Virus record (IMG/VR): IMGVR_UViG_3300044630_007810
Reading direction: 5' to 3' (one strand)
Length of the DNA: 20,000 bases
DNA from: an uncultured virus (IMG/VR IMGVR_UViG_3300044630_007810)
Lineage: Duplodnaviria > Heunggongvirae > Uroviricota > Caudoviricetes
Shown here: positions 8,222 to 14,277 of the stretch, in pieces
Position numbering within the stretch: the first letter of the stretch is position 1
Layout: every line of letters begins with the position of its first letter
Position numbers and translations under genes: made by a program
Notes under the pieces: generated by a model
What the model was told of the DNA's origin: nothing
The model's database searches: none
The model's input: the letters and a program-made list of their open reading frames with translations, nothing else

Positions 8222-9565
8222 ATGGCAGATCTCTATACTTTCCAAAACCTTGGTCAATTGTCGCATACAGCAGGACAAATTCCTTTTGTTTACGATAGGG
8301 CAAATGATCATTATAGACCATTAGAGCAGAAAGATTTGAGTTTTGCCAATTCTGCTGGTTCTACTTCTTTTGATGCGTTTGGTCGCATGAGAACTTCTTC
8401 TCCATTGACCTTATTTGATTCAAGTCATAGATATGCTGACAATGGTCTTTGGTCTACAGCTAGTGGTTTTAGTGGCAGTGGTGTTTTCAATCAAAATCAA
8501 GGATTAGTTGATTTAACTGTAACAAATACTTCTGGTTCATTCGTTACTAGAGAAACAACAAAAGTTTTTGCTTATCAACCAGGAAAATCATTATTAAATT
8601 TAAGTACTTTTGTAATGTCACCAGCAAAAACTGGTTTAAGACAAAGAGTTGGTTACTATGGTGCTGATAATGGTTTCTATTTAGAACAAGCAGACAGTAG
8701 TGTATCTTTTGTAAAAAGAAGTGTTGTAACAGGTTCTTTAGTAAACACACCTGTTTTACAAGCTAATTGGAATGGGGATAAACTTGATGGATCTGGTCCT
8801 TCAGGATTAACTCTTGATCTCACCAACGCACAAATTCTTTGGATGGATCTTGAGTGGTTAGGAGTGGGATCTGTAAGAATGGGGTTTGTTATTAATGGAC
8901 AATTTATTCTTTGTCATACTTTTCATCACGCCAATATTATTGCTTCTACTTATATTACTACAGCTTCTTTGCCGCTGAGATATGAAATAGCAAATACTGC
9001 CGCAACTATTGGCAGCAGTACATTGAAACAAATTTGTTCTTCTGTGATTTCAGAAGGTGGATATGAATTGAGAGGATTACAACAAGCAGTAAGTCAAGAT
9101 GTCAATGCCCCTTACGAGTTAATAACAACGGTAAATACTGACTACCCAGTAATTACTATTAAATTAAAGTCAACAAGATTAGACGCAATAGTAATTCTTA
9201 CTGCGCTTTCTATTTTACCAACAACAACTGGTAATTTTAAATGGAAAATAATTGCAAACGGGACAACAAGTGGTGGAAGTGGAGACTGGATTTCTGCTGG
9301 AGCAAATTCTGCTGTAGAATATAAAAAAGATGCCACAACCATTTCTGGTGGTAGAATACTTGCCGCAGGATTTATTAGCCAAACAAATCAAGCAAGTGCA
9401 ACTCTCGACATCTTAAAAGAAGCTCTTTTTAAATTCCAATTAGAAAGAAATGGTTTAACTGGTGCTGCTCAAGAATTAACATTAGCTATTTCTGCTGGAA
9501 CCGCAACAGGAGGAAGTCCTGCAAAAGTTCTTGCCTCAATGGATTGGGAAGAAATAAGTAGATAA
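8222..9565 (+). CDS. Probable virion structural protein (beta-rich) lying antisense within the tRNA array
   Basis: 447 aa, Ser/Thr/Gly-rich. The DAFGR.R.S.P.TLFDS, YQPGKS and EWLGVGSVR motifs are familiar from large-phage proteins. GTGTAA lies 8 nt before the ATG. Confidence 0.65.
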   Translation: MADLYTFQNLGQLSHTAGQIPFVYDRANDHYRPLEQKDLSFANSAGSTSFDAFGRMRTSSPLTLFDSSHRYADNGLWSTASGFSGSGVFNQNQGLVDLTVTNTSGSFVTRETTKVFAYQPGKSLLNLSTFVMSPAKTGLRQRVGYYGADNGFYLEQADSSVSFVKRSVVTGSLVNTPVLQANWNGDKLDGSGPSGLTLDLTNAQILWMDLEWLGVGSVRMGFVINGQFILCHTFHHANIIASTYITTASLPLRYEIANTAATIGSSTLKQICSSVISEGGYELRGLQQAVSQDVNAPYELITTVNTDYPVITIKLKSTRLDAIVILTALSILPTTTGNFKWKIIANGTTSGGSGDWISAGANSAVEYKKDATTISGGRILAAGFISQTNQASATLDILKEALFKFQLERNGLTGAAQELTLAISAGTATGGSPAKVLASMDWEEISR

Positions 9566-9568
9566 AAA

Positions 9569-9641
9569 TAGGGAGTGAGGGATTCGAACCCCCGACATTC
9601 TGCGTGTAAAGCAGACGCAACTACCGCTGTGCTAACTCCCC
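9569..9641 (-). tRNA. tRNA-Val(UAC), no encoded CCA
   Basis: GGGGAGT/ACTCCCT acceptor, TCTGC-TTTACAC-GCAGA arm, TTCGAAT T-loop. Confidence 0.92.
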
Positions 9642-9643
9642 TT

Positions 9644-9717
9644 TGGACGCACGTTCCAGTAACGCTCTGGACTATGCGGTTTTGCAGACCACTGCATGAC
9701 TTCTCTGCCAACGTGCG
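9644..9717 (-). tRNA. tRNA-Cys(GCA) with a non-canonical T-loop
   Basis: CGCACGT/ACGTGCG acceptor, GTGGT-CTGCAAA-ACCGC arm, U73 discriminator + CCA, T-loop AGCGTTA. Confidence 0.82.
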
Positions 9718-9722
9718 AAAAG

Positions 9723-9796
9723 TGGTGGAGAAGGAGGAAATCGAATCCTCAATTGAAGCTTGCAAAGCTACCGTTTTACCATTAAACTACATCCCC
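9723..9796 (-). tRNA. tRNA-Ala(UGC)
   Basis: G3.U70, loop TTTGCAA, TTCGATT T-loop, ACCA end; one U.U mismatch each in the acceptor and anticodon stems. Confidence 0.88.
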
Positions 9797-9800
9797 TAAA

Positions 9801-9872
9801 TCGGGTAATTGAGAATCGAACTCAACTAAACTTGCTCCCAAAGCAAGCGCCTCGCCAGTCGGCCTTTACCCG
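9801..9872 (-). tRNA. tRNA-Pro(UGG), no encoded CCA
   Basis: CGGGTAA/TTACCCG acceptor, CTTGC-TTTGGGA-GCAAG arm, TTCGATT T-loop. Confidence 0.88.
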
Positions 9873-10405
9873 ATAAAATTATTTTTAAAGTTTTTCACAT
9901 ATTCATCCACTTTATCTATTATAAGATTTGAATATTTACTATGTATATATTGATGATGTGTTGGACATAATGGAACCAAATTTATAGGATCATTATCTTT
10001 ATGATTTTTATTATAATGATGGACAGTAACTATTTTGTCTTCATCACAAACCACACATTTTTTTTCATGATATAAAAAACAAGTAGATCTATATGCATTT
10101 TTATTCCAATTGCCGTGTTTTTCACCAGATCTAAAAAAAGTATTTGAACATGAATATGAACAAGTTGTTTTTTCTCTTCGATGATTTTTTTGAGTTATAA
10201 ATTCTAAATCACAAACTGGACAAATTTTTTTAACAAATGGGTATTTAGTTTGGTTAAACTTTAGATTAAAATGAGAAATATCAAAATTATTATCTTTAAT
10301 AATTTTATTTACCTTGCGTATGCTAGATCCATTAACTGGTAAATTGAGTTTTCTACAGACATCAGATTTTGAATGACTCGATTGAATTATTTTTTTCAAA
10401 TCCAT
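9866..10405 (-). CDS. HNH endonuclease with zinc-ribbon
   Basis: CPVC..TCSYSC; CVVC..VTVHH...N...NLVPLCPTHHQYIH. Confidence 0.85.
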   Translation of the reverse strand: MDLKKIIQSSHSKSDVCRKLNLPVNGSSIRKVNKIIKDNNFDISHFNLKFNQTKYPFVKKICPVCDLEFITQKNHRREKTTCSYSCSNTFFRSGEKHGNWNKNAYRSTCFLYHEKKCVVCDEDKIVTVHHYNKNHKDNDPINLVPLCPTHHQYIHSKYSNLIIDKVDEYVKNFKNNFIG

Positions 10406-10488
10406 ATAATTATATACATTTTATTATCGTAATAGTGAAATTTGAATTCCAAATGCAATATTCTACCAAGTTTAATTTTATTTAAAAA

Positions 10489-10562
10489 TGGAGGCCATTG
10501 ACAGAATCGAACTGTCATCCGACGATTACAAATCGCCCGTTTTACCATTAAACTAAACGGCC
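10489..10562 (-). tRNA. tRNA-Thr(UGU)
   Basis: GGCCGTT/AATGGCC acceptor, GGCGA-TTTGTAA-TCGTC arm, TCCA end. Confidence 0.9.
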
Positions 10563-10564
10563 TA

Positions 10565-10639
10565 TGGCTCCGATTCGTGGGATCGAACCACGGACCCAGC
10601 GATTAACAGTCGCTTGCTCTGCCTCTGAGCTAAATCGGA
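10565..10639 (-). tRNA. tRNA-Asn(GUU)
   Basis: TCCGATT/AATCGGA acceptor, AGCGA-CTGTTAA-TCGCT arm, GCCA end. Confidence 0.95.
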
Positions 10640-10650
10640 GTTAAAAATAC

Positions 10651-10788
10651 TTTCTATTGCTGAAGAAGCTTTGGTCTTAAAGACACCACTCGTTTATCCT
10701 TCTGTCACTTTTCTGCTAGTAGACGCTCGTCGGAGATTTCCAATCTGCTTTCCCAACATACTTCGGGCGATAAAGACCACAATAGAAA
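10651..10788 (-). ncRNA. Unidentified structured RNA (~138 nt)
   Basis: Closing helices UUUCUAUUG/CAAUAGAAA and UGGUCUU/AAGACCA, with further inner helices; no ORF. Confidence 0.6.
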
Positions 10789-10806
10789 AAACATAGAAAA
10801 TGATTT

Positions 10807-10903
10807 GCCCATAACAGATTGCTGTCACACTCACCAAGGGCTGTGGCTATCTAGGAACCACACCTAGCTGCGTCATGTCTTTGCATTCGTGCATGATACG
10901 AAT
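10807..10903 (-). ncRNA. Unidentified RNA with two candidate H-type pseudoknots and a 3' hairpin
   Basis: AUUCGU/ACGAAU with loop UCAUG pairing to downstream CAUGA; CUAGG/CCUAG with loop UGUGGUU pairing to AGCCACA; GCCC/GGGC enclosing GUGACAG/CUGUUAU. Confidence 0.5.
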
Positions 10904-10973
10904 TGCGAGGGGAAGGAATTTAACCTCCACTCTAGACTATGGGCCTAGCGATCTCCGCATGATCCCTCTCGCA
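10903..10973 (-). tRNA. Non-canonical tRNA-like element with CAU anticodon
   Basis: Cloverleaf with UGCGAG/CUCGCA acceptor, GAUC/GAUC D-stem, CUAGG-CCCAUAG-UCUAG arm and GGAGG-UUAAAUU-CCUUC T-arm; C33, no CCA. Confidence 0.6.
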
Positions 10974-10978
10974 AAGTG

Positions 10979-11171
10979 TTTTCCCCACTACCGATTAATT
11001 AGCCAAGCGGAGCTTTGACCAATTTGAAGAAACACAGTGACTATTTCATCTTGGTAGCGACTCCAAGCCTACTTTAATGTGTGTCGGATTACATTTAGCA
11101 TCATCGGGTTGCTAACCCGCCTTTAGCCTTAATGCTCATTGTAGGATCATCGCCTACAATGGCAGGGAAAA
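10979..11171 (-). ncRNA. Unidentified multibranched structured RNA (~190 nt)
   Basis: Closing helix UUUUCCCUGCC/GGUAGUGGGGAAAA encloses six hairpins of 5-10 bp. The G.U pairs work only on the minus strand. Confidence 0.7.
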
Positions 11172-11174
11172 AAT

Positions 11175-11252
11175 TGGTTGCGGGTTTCGGAATTGCACCG
11201 AAACTACTTCTGCTTATGAGACAGATCCAGCACTACTACTGGTTGACCCGCG
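11175..11252 (-). tRNA. Initiator-like tRNA-Met(CAU), atypical
   Basis: CGCGGGT/ACCCGCA acceptor with C1:A72 mismatch, ACCA end, TCTGT-CTCATAA-GCAGA arm, T-loop TGCAATT. Confidence 0.8.
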
Positions 11253-11333
11253 ATTAAAAATTAGTAGGTTTATCTCAACCCAATCTCCCTTTCGGACCTT
11301 AGTAACTTCTGGTGTTTACTACCCTCAATTTTT

Positions 11334-11361
11334 ATTTTAATCAAATTTGTGTTTTTGTCAA
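11334..11361 (-). promoter_or_regulatory. Sigma70-type promoter heading the tRNA/ncRNA operon
   Basis: TTGACA-16 nt-TAAAAT directly upstream of the first structured segment. Confidence 0.6.
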
Positions 11362-11368
11362 CATAGAT

Positions 11369-11941
11369 TTACACAGAACCCAAAAAATATTCCCACTCTT
11401 CTCTTACCTTACTTGTGTTCAACATTAAAGCGGGAATTTCTGGCGCAGCAACTGGTTCATTTTTAACATTAAAAAATGGAAACTTACTAGCCTTTCTTGT
11501 GTTGCAAGGTTTACATGCCAATGTTCTATTTTCATGATCATCAGTCCCCCCTTTACTTTTGGGGTTGATGTGATCAATTGTTAAATCAGCGATTTTAAAT
11601 TTATTTAAACAATACTGACAAGTAAAGTTATAAATCTTTGCCATCTCCAAGGTGGTCAATTTCTTTTTCCTTGGGCGACGAAAAAATTTACTCGTTACGA
11701 TAATAACAGTTGGAATAGGCCAAACACCTTTAGCACTTCTCAATACAGGTTGATCTTCATAAAATTCAGCATCTTTATTCCATCTATCTAAAGAATGAAA
11801 AACATTATTGTTTTTATCGAGCGCAGTAATATGACCCTTCAACAAATGTGAGAATGCCGCTCTTGCTGTAATAGCATTGATTGGTTGCCAAGCATTATTA
11901 AGCAAAAGTGTTGTTTTACATTGCGATGTTACAATATTCAT
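11369..11941 (-). CDS. HNH endonuclease (McrA-like family with LxLN..xxP N-terminus); start probably 11941
   Basis: LLLNNAWQPI; TCQYC..LTIDHINPKSKGG...N..LACKPCNTRK. The ATG at 11941 overlaps the upstream TGA. Confidence 0.88.
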   Translation of the reverse strand: MNIVTSQCKTTLLLNNAWQPINAITARAAFSHLLKGHITALDKNNNVFHSLDRWNKDAEFYEDQPVLRSAKGVWPIPTVIIVTSKFFRRPRKKKLTTLEMAKIYNFTCQYCLNKFKIADLTIDHINPKSKGGTDDHENRTLACKPCNTRKASKFPFFNVKNEPVAAPEIPALMLNTSKVREEWEYFLGSV

Positions 11942-12639
11942 TTTCTTAAATATTTCCAATCTTTCCATTTGATAGAATTATTTGCGACCCTCCAACGACA
12001 AGTATCTTTATGTATATTTAAAGATATAGATGCTTGTAAAATTGTTGCATATTTAATTCCATTTATTTGTACTGGTCTGGCTGCTGGATTTTTACTACCT
12101 AATTTTGATTCAGATATTTTTTTTCTACTTTCTAGATTATGTTTATGTGGAAGTCTTTTTTTACCCAGTTCACTTAATTTTTTTCTAGTCTCTTTTGTAT
12201 GTTTCTTCCCATAAAATGGATTTTTTTTTCCAAATAAGTTTAGATGATAATTTGAATTTTTTATTTTTAATTTAGATTCTTCAGATAGAAAAACCCCCCC
12301 CTTTCGCAAAGATAAACATTTAGACCTTTCTTCTTTTAACTTTTTATATAAACGAGAATTTATATATCTTAAATTATTGCCTCTTGGATTAGCTATATTT
12401 AAAAAATGAAAAGCATGTAACATTTTAAAATAAAAAACTCCAGTTGTAAATTTACATAATAAATAATGGCACAAGTAATGCTCTCTGGCGGTTAATTTAA
12501 CAATATTAGATTTAATATCTTTTCCATTTAATGAAATTGGAATAATGTGATGTTTTTCCACATAACCAGAAATTATTTTATTTTTAGCATTGTCTATGAT
12601 TTTGTGATAAAGTTTATAGTATTTATTTTTTAAAAACAT
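11938..12639 (-). CDS. Free-standing HNH homing endonuclease with NUMOD3-like repeats
   Basis: EKHHIIP...N.V.LTAREHYLCH; NPFYGKKHTKETRKKLS. Confidence 0.85.
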   Translation of the reverse strand: MFLKNKYYKLYHKIIDNAKNKIISGYVEKHHIIPISLNGKDIKSNIVKLTAREHYLCHYLLCKFTTGVFYFKMLHAFHFLNIANPRGNNLRYINSRLYKKLKEERSKCLSLRKGGVFLSEESKLKIKNSNYHLNLFGKKNPFYGKKHTKETRKKLSELGKKRLPHKHNLESRKKISESKLGSKNPAARPVQINGIKYATILQASISLNIHKDTCRWRVANNSIKWKDWKYLRK

Positions 12640-12687
12640 ATACTATATATTACACTTTATATTAAAGTTGGTATTGAATGAAATGAA

Positions 12688-13338
12688 TTATTTTAAAATA
12701 TATTTACAAGAAATTGGAAAATGTTGAAGCATGATATCTTTAATTTGTTGAGCAACAAATCTAGTTTCTAATTGGACATCTTTAGATAGCCTTAGATTAC
12801 AAACCCTAGAGAAAAAATATAAAGTTCCAGACCAATACCATTCTGTCATCATATTTTGAGGGAGAACCATTCTTGCTTGTTCTGGGCATACGCCAGCATT
12901 CAAAAGAGATTTATAAGTAGAAATAGCTATATCACAACTCGCATAAATGCTACAATTATCCGAAAAAGAAACGTCCACAAATTGATCTTCATGAGAGCCT
13001 TGTTTTTTATCCTTATTTCTTTTTCTCCAATTGTCTGGATAGTAGATTTCAGGCTCCGAATCTACATAACGACGACTTACTTCATTAATAACCCCACCAA
13101 CTTGATGTTTAGCTAGTTGTCTAGCAACAAAGATTGGCGCTTTAATATGAAAAGAAAGTGAAGCGTGACCAAATGGAGTCCAATGATTTTCTCTTGCCAA
13201 AAAAGCAATAAGTTTTTCATCACCCTCTTTGAAGCTTCCATCTTCATTAAAATCAGATTTCTTATTGAAAGAAACTCTTGCGGCATTAACCACAGAAATA
13301 TCTGATCCCATTTTGTCAATAAATTCGACTTTAATCAT
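12688..13338 (-). CDS. thyX: FAD-dependent thymidylate synthase
   Basis: NAARVSF, HWTPFGH, APIFVARQLAKHQVG..NEVSRRYV, PEQARMVLPQ, Q.E.R motifs. Confidence 0.95.
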   Translation of the reverse strand: MIKVEFIDKMGSDISVVNAARVSFNKKSDFNEDGSFKEGDEKLIAFLARENHWTPFGHASLSFHIKAPIFVARQLAKHQVGGVINEVSRRYVDSEPEIYYPDNWRKRNKDKKQGSHEDQFVDVSFSDNCSIYASCDIAISTYKSLLNAGVCPEQARMVLPQNMMTEWYWSGTLYFFSRVCNLRLSKDVQLETRFVAQQIKDIMLQHFPISCKYILK

Positions 13339-13559
13339 TTTAATTGTTTAAATATTTCAAAAATACACATTTGCAACGGACTAGCTTTTTTGAGGAAGTA
13401 AGGTTCTTGTCCAACTCCATTTGACCTCATTTCATAAACACTAGCACCTTCAATAAAATAATCTTTATGGAACCCAAATTTTTCCCACATTAAAGCATAA
13501 AAAACTTCTTTTTTAGATTTATCAGATAATTTTATTTCTAACTCACCGTTAATCTTCAT
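13335..13559 (-). CDS. Hypothetical protein
   Basis: 74-aa ORF overlapping both neighbours in the operon. Confidence 0.6.
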   Translation of the reverse strand: MKINGELEIKLSDKSKKEVFYALMWEKFGFHKDYFIEGASVYEMRSNGVGQEPYFLKKASPLQMCIFEIFKQLK

Positions 13560-14073
13560 TCTTTTTAAAAAATGTGTGACTTAAATTATTTGTAATATCT
13601 TCTATCTTAATTAAGGAAAGAAGATCTTTTCTACCGTATCTTTGGTATCCTGTATAAAGAGGATATTTGATATTATCATTAATTTTTTCAAGATCAACAA
13701 TTTTTTCACATAATTCTGCTAGTGCAGGACGACTGACCATTAAAAAAGAGTCTTCTCTTTCAAAGGCAATAAAATTTGCCATTCCATAAAGCCATCCTTT
13801 TTTTCCTTGAACATTTTTAAATTCAATCCAAATGACTTCATCATCAACATTATTATCTTTTCTTTTGACTTTTTTTCTTGACTTTACATCGACTGTATAT
13901 TTTTCACCTTTTTTATCGATAATGTGAAAATCAATATGGCTAATCTGTTCTCTAAAAGTCGCGTCTGTCACTTGATTACCAAGTTTTTCAGCTATTTTTT
14001 TGAATTGTAATTCAGAAGATTCACCCATTTGAGAAGACTCGCCAGTTTGATCGTATTTGTTTCTGTAAAACAT
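13549..14073 (-). CDS. PD-(D/E)xK-superfamily nuclease-like protein
   Basis: G..SE..F, HIDF, TVDVKS, WIEF..VQG..GWLYG.A.FIAF. Confidence 0.65.
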   Translation of the reverse strand: MFYRNKYDQTGESSQMGESSELQFKKIAEKLGNQVTDATFREQISHIDFHIIDKKGEKYTVDVKSRKKVKRKDNNVDDEVIWIEFKNVQGKKGWLYGMANFIAFEREDSFLMVSRPALAELCEKIVDLEKINDNIKYPLYTGYQRYGRKDLLSLIKIEDITNNLSHTFFKKNED

Positions 14074-14277
14074 CTATTCGAAAATTTGATTTCTAACTGT
14101 GTTTGTGTATTCGCTTTCTTCGGCGCAATTGAAGATATAATCAAAAATCCAATCATTATCCTCACCAATTTCTTCTGTAAGATTATCGTAAATTATAGTT
14201 TGTTGTTTTTGAAGTTCAATAACTGCTTGTCGTGCAATTTCAAGTTTTTCTTGTTGCTCTTTATTTAGTTCGTTCAT
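14074..14277 (-). CDS. Hypothetical protein
   Basis: 67-aa acidic ORF, tightly packed. Confidence 0.6.
   Translation of the reverse strand: MNELNKEQQEKLEIARQAVIELQKQQTIIYDNLTEEIGEDNDWIFDYIFNCAEESEYTNTVRNQIFE

Noticed and set aside
9469..9799. ORFs 9469..9765 (-) and 9575..9799 (+)
   Set aside because: These are chance frames across tRNA-Val, -Cys and -Ala genes.
10651..10788. RNase P RNA (AGCAGAAA...AAGGAUAAACGAGUGGUGU..AGACCA loosely recalls specificity-domain sequences)
   Set aside because: The universal GAGGAAAGUC and ACAGAA..CGGCUUA P4 elements are absent and the RNA is too short.
10640..11330. Hammerhead ribozyme or group I/II intron
   Set aside because: I found no CUGAUGA...GAAA core in a three-way junction, no group II domain V and no group I P7 motifs by eye.
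13060..13140. ThyX motif reads KHQVG rather than RHR
   Set aside because: This is a familiar variant in phage ThyX proteins, and the catalytic Ser-Arg-Arg-Tyr segment is intact.
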